Below, in pieces: positions 1 to 7,513 of a stretch of 31,014 nt of DNA. The stretch lies in IMG/VR virus record IMGVR_UViG_3300037408_000044, positions 1 to 31,014 of that record; one strand, written 5' to 3'. This DNA is from a virus. Taxonomy: Duplodnaviria; Caudoviricetes. The notes under the pieces are model-generated. The model was not told where the DNA came from and did not search any database. It saw nothing but the letters and a program-made list of their open reading frames with translations. A program made the position numbers and the translations under genes. Position 1 is the first letter of the stretch. Every line of letters starts with the position of its first letter.

Positions 1-161
1 TGACAATCACGCTTTCGCAGGAGCATCTGAACGTCGTTGCCGCGGCTCTGGCCGAACTGCCGTTCAAGCATTCCGCCCCTGTGATTGATGCTATCCGCCA
101 GCAGCTCGCCTCGGCCGCCCCGGCTGAGAAAGACGCTCCCGCCGTCAAGAAGAAGGATTAA
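1..161 (+). CDS. partial small phage protein (5' end at or beyond window edge), tail-region hypothetical
   Basis: Open frame from nt 3 (TITLSQEHLNVVAAALAELPFKHSAPVIDAIRQQL...KKKD) to TAA 159-161; next gene starts 5 nt after the stop; not in the ORF track. Confidence 0.7.
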   Translation, partial: TITLSQEHLNVVAAALAELPFKHSAPVIDAIRQQLASAAPAEKDAPAVKKKD

Positions 162-166
162 TCCAT

Positions 167-475
167 ATGGGCAAGATCACGTTCATCGTTGAAGGCACCA
201 CCGTCGGCACGCTTGCCGAGGGTCGGGGTGTGAAGGCGGAGTACGAAGTCTCTGAGACGGACAGCGCCAAGTTGGTTGAGGCTATGGCCGACTACCACAA
301 GGCCGATCTGAGTGCATCTCCCGGGCCGAACGGAGAGGCTCCAGAGCCCGTCACCATCGAGCGCATTCTCAAGGTGTGGTTCGACGGCTGCGTGAAGCAG
401 GCCCTTCGCCAGACTGCCGACTACGAGAAGCGTAAGACGGCTCCCGCCCCGATTGCCGTCACTGGTCTGGAGTAA
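167..475 (+). CDS. hypothetical protein, 102 aa
   Basis: AAGGA upstream of ATG, GC-rich third positions, tight packing with neighbours. Confidence 0.8.
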   Translation: MGKITFIVEGTTVGTLAEGRGVKAEYEVSETDSAKLVEAMADYHKADLSASPGPNGEAPEPVTIERILKVWFDGCVKQALRQTADYEKRKTAPAPIAVTGLE

Positions 476-478
476 GTC

Positions 479-949
479 ATGACACGGCGTAAACCGCAAT
501 CAGAGTCAGGACGGCACTACATGGTAGACATGGATACGGACCCGCACGCGCGGCCTGTAACTCTGGACGCCCGTAGTTTGACGCTCCCCTCGGTTGCGGT
601 TATCGCTGTCGTCATGTCGAGCGTCACGCTCACATATTTTATCGCCGAGGAACGCTCCCGCATCGACAACCGGATTGATACCGTGGTTGCATCGGTCGAG
701 CGCTTGGCAGGCTCAATCCAACAGCTGGCTGAAGGGCTGAAGTACGGCGTCAGCGACAGGTTTACGACTACTCACTTCCGGCTGTTCTGCGCGAAGGCCG
801 AGAATCAGAACAAGAACTTCAAGTGCCCCGAGCTGTCGGACTTGTATAGCGAGCCGACTGTGCAGCTGAAGGGCACCCTCGACTCGGTCGGCACTGAAAT
901 GGAAGCCGTGCAACAGAAGCTGCAGCGTGCTAAGCCAGTAGTCGAATGA
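479..949 (+). CDS. single-pass membrane protein with coiled coil (possible holin/antiholin/spanin-like)
   Basis: GGAG RBS; hydrophobic LPSVAVIAVVMSSVTLTYFIA followed by heptad-like helices and a Cys pair; function is inference. Confidence 0.65.
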   Translation: MTRRKPQSESGRHYMVDMDTDPHARPVTLDARSLTLPSVAVIAVVMSSVTLTYFIAEERSRIDNRIDTVVASVERLAGSIQQLAEGLKYGVSDRFTTTHFRLFCAKAENQNKNFKCPELSDLYSEPTVQLKGTLDSVGTEMEAVQQKLQRAKPVVE

Positions 950-988
950 CCCTTGACATGTTAGGGTGCGACAACTCGAGTTGAGGAG
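949..988 (+). promoter_or_regulatory. intergenic element with TTGACA and two adjacent palindromes before the tail fibre RBS
   Basis: TTGACA 953-958 lies inside imperfect inverted repeat ACCCT..AGGGT (949-967); perfect 12-bp palindrome CAACTCGAGTTG 972-983; GAGGAG 983-988; no good -10 at 17 bp. Confidence 0.3.
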
Positions 989-999
989 ACTATACAACT

Positions 1000-2175
1000 A
1001 TGCCCATTCTGGTCTCGAATGACGCCGTCGGTTCGTTGGCCGCGTCTATCAATGATACGGTGCTCACCCTGGCGCTTGCTTCTGGACAGGGCGCGCTCTT
1101 CCCCGTCCCCGGTGCAGGGGAGTTTTACTATGTCACTCTTGTCCGCGCTTCAGATGGCGCCAAGGAAATCGTCAGGGTTACGGCGCGATCGTCGGACACA
1201 CTGACCATCGTACGCGCGCAGGACGGCACCACGGCTAAGAGCTTCGCGACATCGGATCGTGTCGAGCTTCGTCCCATCCGTGCGATTCATCTCAACTACC
1301 CGCAGCTCGACAAGGCCAACACGTTCGTCGGCAACCAGACCGTCACGGGCACGATCACTGCGAGCGGGGCCATCTCGGGTGCTTCCGTAGCGGCGTCTGG
1401 CGCGCTCTCTGGCGCGTCTGCCTCCGTCTCTGGCACGGTCTCTGCCGGTGCGTTGACTGCCTCTGGTGCGGTCTCTGGCGGGTCGGCCTCGATCTCTGGC
1501 ACGGTCACGGCAGGCGCGGTGACGACTTCCGGCACGATGACGGCTGCGAACGCGTCGGTATCCGGTACTGTCACCGCGGCGGACCTCACAGCCACAGATG
1601 ATCTGGTGGTTGGCGACGATGCCTCGATCTCGGGTGACCTGACGGTCGGTGGAGCGCTGACCGTCGCAGGTGCGATCCTCATGTCATCGCGCAAGGTCGA
1701 CGCATTCCCTGCGGGCACGAAGGTTGTTTTCAACCAGACCTCTGCGCCGACGGGTTGGACCAAGGACACGTCGCACGACAACAAGGCACTGCGCCTCACC
1801 AACGGGACTGTCGGCACTGGCGGTTCGATGGCGTTCACGTCTGCGTTCGCTAACCCACGCAGCTTTACTTTGTCCGAAGCAAATCTTCCATCGCATCGCC
1901 ATTACACTGAAGGTTGGACTGGCGGACAAAGCGCGGACCACACGCATACAACGACGTTCGAGCGAGCGCAGTGCGATGATACCAACGAGCAGACCACTCT
2001 TGTTCCAAGCGGCCAGGGGGAACTCTCATCGACCAACATCGGCTCTGGCGGCACCAGCAACGATCACCAGCACTACTTTGCGGCGTGGTCGACTTTCGTT
2101 GGCAGCAACAGTGCTGTGAACCTCCAGTTCGATGTGCAGTACGTCGACGTCATCATCTGCACGAAGGATGCCTAA
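1000..2175 (+). CDS. tail fibre protein, 391 aa
   Basis: N-terminal attachment-type segment (EIVRVTARSSDTLTIVRAQDGT), Gly/Ala/Ser/Thr 11-aa repeat shaft, collar-like FPAGTKVVFNQTSAPTGWTK, three HxH motifs in the tip. Confidence 0.85.
   Translation: MPILVSNDAVGSLAASINDTVLTLALASGQGALFPVPGAGEFYYVTLVRASDGAKEIVRVTARSSDTLTIVRAQDGTTAKSFATSDRVELRPIRAIHLNYPQLDKANTFVGNQTVTGTITASGAISGASVAASGALSGASASVSGTVSAGALTASGAVSGGSASISGTVTAGAVTTSGTMTAANASVSGTVTAADLTATDDLVVGDDASISGDLTVGGALTVAGAILMSSRKVDAFPAGTKVVFNQTSAPTGWTKDTSHDNKALRLTNGTVGTGGSMAFTSAFANPRSFTLSEANLPSHRHYTEGWTGGQSADHTHTTTFERAQCDDTNEQTTLVPSGQGELSSTNIGSGGTSNDHQHYFAAWSTFVGSNSAVNLQFDVQYVDVIICTKDA
1354..1672 (+). repeat. degenerate 33-nt (11-aa) tandem repeat in tail fibre shaft
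   Basis: ITASGAISGAS / VAASGALSGAS / ASVSGTVSAGA / LTASGAVSGGS / ASISGTVTAGA / VTTSGTMTAAN / ASVSGTVTAAD...; DNA TCTGGCACGGTC recurs at 1429 and 1495 (66 nt apart). Confidence 0.8.
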
Positions 2176-2564
2176 TGGCTCAGATCGCCCGCGGACCCGA
2201 TGACCTGTATTGCCCGCTGACACTCAGCGCTCCTCTCGGACCGTCGAGGATGAGCAAGACGTGTCACAAGTGTCCGCTGTGGGTGAAGCTCCGTGGCACC
2301 GATAAGAACACGGGCGAGTTTGTCGATGAGTGGCGGTGCAGCCTGGGTGCGCTGCCGATGCTGCTGATCGAGAACGCAAGCATGGTGCGTGCCGTCGATG
2401 GGAACATCGACATGCTTCGCAAGGAGCAGGAGGCGCAGCACGACGAATACAAGAAGTACACCGCCGCCAACATCCGCGCTGTGCAGCAAGTGACCACGAC
2501 GATCCTCGACAATGCACCCGCGCAAAAACTACTTCCGTCTGGAGGCTCAGATGCAGATAAGTGA
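2175..2564 (+). CDS. Cys-containing tail-fibre-associated protein, 129 aa (possible fibre chaperone)
   Basis: TAATG coupling with the fibre stop puts the start at 2175, not 2085; CPL..CxxCPLW..RGT...TG..VDEWRC..LPMLLIEN pattern I recall from genes following phage fibres; C-terminal coiled coil. Confidence 0.75.
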   Translation: MAQIARGPDDLYCPLTLSAPLGPSRMSKTCHKCPLWVKLRGTDKNTGEFVDEWRCSLGALPMLLIENASMVRAVDGNIDMLRKEQEAQHDEYKKYTAANIRAVQQVTTTILDNAPAQKLLPSGGSDADK

Positions 2565-3288
2565 GACGGGCCTCGGCCTGATTATGTCGTTCGAGGGCTA
2601 TCATACCCTCATGCCAAACGGGAACTGCCGCGCATACCTCGATCGTTTGCCGCGTCCTGCTCTGTGGTCGCCGGGCTATAAGGGCCTGTGGACGATCGGC
2701 TGGGGCAATACCGGTCCCGAGGTTACCGAAGGCACCGAGTGGACTCGCGACTACGCCAAGAAGAAACTCCGTGAGATGGTCGCCCGCCACGAGCGCGCCG
2801 TCGAGAATGTCGTTCGCGTGCCGCTCACGCAGAACCAGTTCGATGCGCTTGTCTCACTGTCCTACAACATGGGCATCGGCAAGGCGAAGACGCTCATCCG
2901 GCATGTAAACAACGAAGACTGGGACAAGGCCGCCAAGGCGTTCCTCATGTACAACAAGGCGGGCGGCAAGGTCGTCCGTGGTTTGACGCGTCGCCGTCAG
3001 GCGGAAAAGCGTCTGTTCGAGACACCCGGCAAGGTTCCGAGCGTCGTCGAGGCGTCCCGCAAGCTATCGTTCCTGAAGCGCCTGCGCCAGTTCCTCGCCG
3101 GTATCGGCATCAGCTGGGCGGCGATCATGCAGTTCTGGTCTGACGCCTCACAGTTTGTTACAGAGAACTCCGGGTGGATCGCCATCGGGGCCCTCGCCGC
3201 ACTGTTCCTGCTGACGCAGTGGGTGCAGAAAGAGTCCGAAGCTGATTACGAAGAGGGGCGGTATCTGCCGTCAGGGTATGTGAAATGA
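2551..3288 (+). CDS. endolysin, GH24 phage lysozyme with C-terminal hydrophobic helices, 245 aa
   Basis: GGAGG 2541-2545 before ATG 2551; FEG..AYLD..WTIGWGNT, LTQNQFDALVSLSYNMG, YNKAGGKVVRGLTRRRQAE motifs; two hydrophobic segments near the C-terminus. Confidence 0.92.
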   Translation: MQISETGLGLIMSFEGYHTLMPNGNCRAYLDRLPRPALWSPGYKGLWTIGWGNTGPEVTEGTEWTRDYAKKKLREMVARHERAVENVVRVPLTQNQFDALVSLSYNMGIGKAKTLIRHVNNEDWDKAAKAFLMYNKAGGKVVRGLTRRRQAEKRLFETPGKVPSVVEASRKLSFLKRLRQFLAGIGISWAAIMQFWSDASQFVTENSGWIAIGALAALFLLTQWVQKESEADYEEGRYLPSGYVK

Positions 3289-3710
3289 TCGACTTCCTGA
3301 AAGACATCTCCACCTGGGCGGCGTGGCTTGGTATCGGCGGCATCGTCGGTTTCGTGCTTCTGCTGTTCTTCGCGCCCGCGGTCGCCCGCGTGATTGGTGC
3401 TGCACTCGAAGCCCCCGCTCGTGCCATCGGCGAGGGTGTTGTCTGGTTCGTCCGTGACGTCCTGTGGGTGGGCCTGAAGGACATGCTCGACAACTGGGCC
3501 AGCATTACGTTCGTGATCGTGGCGATCTTCGTTGGTGCCGCGCTGATGTGCCCGCAGAAGAATTGTGATAAGACCGTTCAGGTCGCGCTGAAGGCGCAAA
3601 TGGATAAGCTGCGCGGCGAGTTCAAGTTTGTTCCGCTCACGCCTGCTGAAAAGAAGGCGCGTGCGAAGCAGAAGAGACAGGCAGAACCGTGTTGGTACTG
3701 CTTGTGGTAA
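3285..3710 (+). CDS. multi-pass membrane protein, putative holin or lysis accessory, 141 aa
   Basis: ATGA overlap with endolysin; 2-3 hydrophobic segments, basic C-tail ending PCWYCLW. Confidence 0.65.
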   Translation: MIDFLKDISTWAAWLGIGGIVGFVLLLFFAPAVARVIGAALEAPARAIGEGVVWFVRDVLWVGLKDMLDNWASITFVIVAIFVGAALMCPQKNCDKTVQVALKAQMDKLRGEFKFVPLTPAEKKARAKQKRQAEPCWYCLW

Positions 3711-3720
3711 GGAGAGTCCC

Positions 3721-3912
3721 ATGAAGACCAACTATCCCTACCGTTCCAAGCAGCACTCCCCGATCAAACCGATGTCGGAGAACCCGAACAAAGGTGAGTA
3801 CACGGGTAGCGCTGTGATGGGCATGATGGGCAAATCGTGCATGCCGAAGAAGGGTGAGAACCCGACGTCGTCCATGCACCAGAGCCTGTACGGCGGCAAG
3901 AAGCCCGCCTAA
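3721..3912 (+). CDS. small Lys/Met/Pro/Gly-rich protein, 63 aa
   Basis: AAGGAG RBS at 3709-3714 before ATG 3721; MKTNYPYRSKQHSPIKPM...YGGKKPA. Confidence 0.75.
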   Translation: MKTNYPYRSKQHSPIKPMSENPNKGEYTGSAVMGMMGKSCMPKKGENPTSSMHQSLYGGKKPA

Positions 3913-3932
3913 CCTTTTTGGAGTTCGTGACT

Positions 3933-4031
3933 ATGGCGAAGAAACCGATGATGCCGAAAGGCACAAAGGGCGTACCCGCTGGCAGCATGGGGAAACCCAT
4001 GAAGCCCGGCAAATCCAAGAAGGGATGCTAA
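3933..4031 (+). CDS. 32-aa basic peptide MAKKPMMPKGTKGVPAGSMGKPMKPGKSKKGC
   Basis: GGAG 3920-3923, ATG 3933, TAA 4029-4031; fills the gap before ATG 4033; below the ORF-track cutoff. Confidence 0.7.
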   Translation: MAKKPMMPKGTKGVPAGSMGKPMKPGKSKKGC

Positions 4032-4032
4032 A

Positions 4033-4302
4033 ATGGTGACGTGGCAGGAGCTGGTGGCTCACTTCGAGGGCTACACAGTGGGCGGTGAAGCAATCGTCCG
4101 CATCAATAAGAAGCACGTGTCGCTCGGCAAGAACCGTGGCGGCGTTTTTGCTTGGACTCCTGCAGGTCTGGAGCTGGCAAACTCGGTAGTCATCCCCCGA
4201 GCCACGAGCCCTGCCACGTCGCCTTCCTCTACCCCGAAGCGTGGGCCGGGTCGTCCCCGCAAAGCCGCGATCGAGGTAAAGCCCGATGCCGAAGAAGGTT
4301 GA
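4033..4302 (+). CDS. 89-aa protein with C-terminal AT-hook motif
   Basis: KRGPGRPRK (4237-4263) matches the GRP AT-hook core and is preceded by ATSP-ATSP-SSTP. Confidence 0.75.
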   Translation: MVTWQELVAHFEGYTVGGEAIVRINKKHVSLGKNRGGVFAWTPAGLELANSVVIPRATSPATSPSSTPKRGPGRPRKAAIEVKPDAEEG

Positions 4303-4795
4303 TTTACATGGTCAGCAGTTTGGCCGATGGGTAGTTTTGCGTGAATCCTATCGGCTTCACGGCTTTGTCTACTGGCTGTGTCAGTGCACCTGCGGGACGC
4401 AGCAGCACGTCTCCGGTAGTACGCTCCGCAAGGGGCGTTCTCAATCGTGCGGGTGTGTTCGTGCCGAACAGATTGCGGCGCGCAATCATGTTCACGGGAA
4501 GAATGACCACCCACTGTACGATACGTGGAAGGCAATTTTCCAGCGGTGCACTAACCGGCGATCCCGCGATTATCGAAACTATGGCGGTCGAGGCATTCGC
4601 GTGTGTGAGCGGTGGCGCTCATTTGAGAATTTCCTGGCGGATGTGGGGCCACGACCGCCGGGACTAACGCTTGATCGGATCGACAATGACGGCGATTACG
4701 CGCCTGACAATTGTCGCTGGGCAACTCGGCAAGTGCAACGATGCAATCAGCGTAAGCGCGCTTATGAAGCGGGGCTCCTGTCATGCCTGTCTTGA
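4286..4795 (+). CDS. free-standing HNH homing endonuclease (YGGRGI type)
   Basis: WLCQCTCG, SCGC, YRNYGGRGIRVCERW, TLDRIDNDGDYAPDNCRWAT motifs; GAGGT RBS; overlaps both neighbours. Confidence 0.9.
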   Translation: MPKKVDLHGQQFGRWVVLRESYRLHGFVYWLCQCTCGTQQHVSGSTLRKGRSQSCGCVRAEQIAARNHVHGKNDHPLYDTWKAIFQRCTNRRSRDYRNYGGRGIRVCERWRSFENFLADVGPRPPGLTLDRIDNDGDYAPDNCRWATRQVQRCNQRKRAYEAGLLSCLS

Positions 4796-6594
4796 AAATA
4801 GAAAATTTTGGTGGCGAAGTCCCCAGGACTTCGGACACCAACCTGAAGATGAACGAAGCCACGATCGCTGAGAACGTGAAGCTGTACTCTGGCGAGCTGC
4901 GTACCTGGGGCGGTCCAGGTCTTGAGTATGAGCCGTTCCTGGACAGCGTGTCGTCTGTTTACCGGTTCTATAATCAGACACTCGACGAGACGATCTGGCT
5001 GACATGGCAGACGGACGTCGACGTATGCAGGTCTTCGCTCGATGACACATCCGACTTCCGCCTCTACTACACGGGCGACGGCGTCCCGAAGAAAACGAAC
5101 TGGGCGCTGGCAGAGAATACTGTCAACTCTGTGTATCCCGACAGTTTCCTCAAGATGGGCGTGCCTGCTCCTACCGGCGCACCGACTGTGGCGGATACTG
5201 CGGGCGGCTCCTCCGTCGTCGCGGAAACGCGGTACTACGTCTACACGCACGTCTCGACGTTCGGCACGCTGACCGAAGAGTCAGCCCCGAGCCCTGTGTC
5301 GGCTGCGGTTACGATCTCGACCGGGCGACGCGTCACCGTCAACAACTTCGCCGCGGTGCCGACGTCGAACCTCAACATCACACACCGCCGTATCTACCGC
5401 ACCCTCCCCGGCGAAACAGCGAACGGGGTGTTCGCGTTCGTGGCTGAAATCCCGGTCGCGACGACGAGCTATATTGATGACCTGCTCGCGCCCGCGCTTG
5501 GCGAAGCGATCACGACGACGGATTGGGATGAGCCGCCGGACAATCTTGCTGGACTGACGTCGATGGCCAACGGCATGATGGCCGGGTTTGTCGGCAACAG
5601 CGTGTACTTCTGCGAGCCGTACTTCCATCATGCATGGCCAGCGGAATACCGCCAGTCCGTGCCGGATAAGATCGTCGGGCTTGCATCGTACGGTAACACG
5701 CTTGTCGTGCTGACCACCGGTCAGCCATATCTGATGACCGGCAACCGGCCAGATGAACTCACTGTCGACAAGATTCCGATCCCGGAACCCTGCGTCTCGA
5801 AGCGCTCGATCGCGTCGGACGCGTACGGTATCATGTACGCAAGCCCGAACGGGCTTGTTGCGATCGGCACCAAGGAGCGCGGCGTTATTACAAACTCGCT
5901 CTTCCGACGCGAAGAGTGGCAGAAGTATGTGCCGACTTCGATGGTTGGTGCGATCTACGACGGTAAGTACTTCGCAACATTCTCGGCGCCGGAACAGGGC
6001 GACCGTACGATGGTCATCTCGCGCGATGACTTTCCTGCTCTGGCGTTCCTGACGCTGCGCGCCGCGGACTTCCACGTGAGCATCGAAGAAGGCGCGCTGT
6101 ACTATCTCGATCCCACTAACGACACCATCTACAAGTTCGACGTCGATCAGGTGAACCCGTATCTCTACGAGTGGACGTCGCGGCGCTTCCGGTTCGATCA
6201 TGCGATCTCGTGGTCTGTGCTGCGTCTGGACATCCCGGAGTCCGAGGTTGAAGAGAATATCATCTACAATGAGCTGATCGACGAGCTGTTGGCAGAGAAC
6301 GCACTCATCACTGATACCGAGGGCTATTTCAACGGTAGTGAATATAACGAGCATGGCTACAACACGTCGCTGCTGAATGAAATCCCCCCGCCGGGTCAGA
6401 CGGTCACCGTTGTCGTACAGCTGCTCGGGGAGCGAGATGAGATCAAGGTCTCGCTCAACATCCTGAACATGTCTCCCGTGCGTATCCCGCCGTTCCGTTC
6501 GCGCGAGCTGCGAATCAAACTGTCTGGCAACTTGCGGGTACGGTCAGTCACGTTGGCTACGTCGTACGAGGAACTCCGCGGGAGTATGGGATAA
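4783..6594 (+). CDS. tail nozzle / stabilisation protein (functional analogue of T7 gp12 or P22 gp10), 603 aa
   Basis: NFGGEVPR N-terminus, ETRYYVYT..EESAPSP, RRIYRT, beta-rich repeats (HAWP, PCVSKRSI, YASPNGLV), YEWTSRRF; located before the ejection genes. Confidence 0.75.
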   Translation: MPVLKIENFGGEVPRTSDTNLKMNEATIAENVKLYSGELRTWGGPGLEYEPFLDSVSSVYRFYNQTLDETIWLTWQTDVDVCRSSLDDTSDFRLYYTGDGVPKKTNWALAENTVNSVYPDSFLKMGVPAPTGAPTVADTAGGSSVVAETRYYVYTHVSTFGTLTEESAPSPVSAAVTISTGRRVTVNNFAAVPTSNLNITHRRIYRTLPGETANGVFAFVAEIPVATTSYIDDLLAPALGEAITTTDWDEPPDNLAGLTSMANGMMAGFVGNSVYFCEPYFHHAWPAEYRQSVPDKIVGLASYGNTLVVLTTGQPYLMTGNRPDELTVDKIPIPEPCVSKRSIASDAYGIMYASPNGLVAIGTKERGVITNSLFRREEWQKYVPTSMVGAIYDGKYFATFSAPEQGDRTMVISRDDFPALAFLTLRAADFHVSIEEGALYYLDPTNDTIYKFDVDQVNPYLYEWTSRRFRFDHAISWSVLRLDIPESEVEENIIYNELIDELLAENALITDTEGYFNGSEYNEHGYNTSLLNEIPPPGQTVTVVVQLLGERDEIKVSLNILNMSPVRIPPFRSRELRIKLSGNLRVRSVTLATSYEELRGSMG

Positions 6595-7037
6595 TGGCGA
6601 TCCGGCGTGTCGGTATTCCCTCTACACCCCAGGGCTTCCCGCAAGAGCAGCACCAGTTCTTCCAGGCGCTGAAGCAGGAAGTTGAGCGGCTCGACAAGCA
6701 GGTCGCTGCGCTCCAGACGGCGCTCGCCGATACGCTGAAGCAAGGTGCCACGTACACGACTGACCTCGGCATCATGACGGGCGGAGTCCTGACACCTGAC
6801 CCTCGGAAGGGCATGTCGCAGTTTGTCGTAAATAACGGCGCGTTCACGCTCGCGCCTCCCGCCGATGATGGGTTCATCAACCTGTGGATTTACGAAGGCG
6901 GTAGTGCCGGTGCGATCACAACCCCGTACGATGAAGTCACTGGGTCGTATGCGCTGCACGCGGCGAACACGGTGTATATGGCGCGCCTGACGCGCGTCCG
7001 AGGTGTGAGTCACGTCCAGTATTTGAGGTTGACCTGA
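6594..7037 (+). CDS. putative tail-associated structural protein, 147 aa
   Basis: TAATG coupling; N-terminal coiled coil and beta-rich C-terminal half (NNGAFTLAPP..SAGAIT). Confidence 0.65.
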   Translation: MAIRRVGIPSTPQGFPQEQHQFFQALKQEVERLDKQVAALQTALADTLKQGATYTTDLGIMTGGVLTPDPRKGMSQFVVNNGAFTLAPPADDGFINLWIYEGGSAGAITTPYDEVTGSYALHAANTVYMARLTRVRGVSHVQYLRLT

Positions 7038-7513
7038 TGCGGTGGAACTCCCCGGAATGGCGTAAAGAACGCGACGCTAAAATCCTTGAATGGTTTGGCG
7101 GCAACGTGGACGCTGTTCAGTTTCTCAAGCTGATCTCGGACATCACCGAGCTGTGGGATGACCTTGTCGACAAGGACCGGGAAATCCCGTCCGACGAGAT
7201 CGACGATGCCATGATGGCGGCTCTGATCTATTTACCGCTTAACCCCTTCTACCGTGAGCATGCGGCTTACTTGACCCCGCTCATGATCTCCAGCATAAAC
7301 AACTGGAAAGATGCTAATGCGTTATCCGCGGGGACCAGAAGTCAGCGAGCATTGGCATACACACTCAGGAACATGGACATTCAGATCGTGCAAGCGATCG
7401 TGTTCATCACACAGGGATATGATCGGCTTCGTGAAGTGAGTCAGGACATTTGGACTTTCTTCGGCGCGGACCAGGATGACATTGACAGCTGGCTGTCGGG
7501 AGACACGACATGA
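7037..7513 (+). CDS. all-alpha DDxxD protein (isoprenoid-synthase-like fold suspected), 158 aa
   Basis: TGATG coupling; WDDLVDKD motif (DDLVDKD at 7157-7177) at the end of an amphipathic helix; LPLNPFY and AYTLR segments. Confidence 0.65.
   Translation: MRWNSPEWRKERDAKILEWFGGNVDAVQFLKLISDITELWDDLVDKDREIPSDEIDDAMMAALIYLPLNPFYREHAAYLTPLMISSINNWKDANALSAGTRSQRALAYTLRNMDIQIVQAIVFITQGYDRLREVSQDIWTFFGADQDDIDSWLSGDTT

Noticed and set aside
1000-2564. Diversity-generating retroelement acting on the tail fibre
   Set aside because: No reverse transcriptase and no template/variable repeat pair seen in the window.
3500-3570. Lipoprotein (o-spanin or u-spanin) signal at AALMC
   Set aside because: Does not fit the lipobox consensus and lies in mid-protein.
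4286-4795. HNH genes as parts of group I introns or inteins
   Set aside because: Flanking genes are intact and overlap the HNH ORFs, leaving no room for an intron core; no intein motifs seen in the polymerase, helicase or primase.
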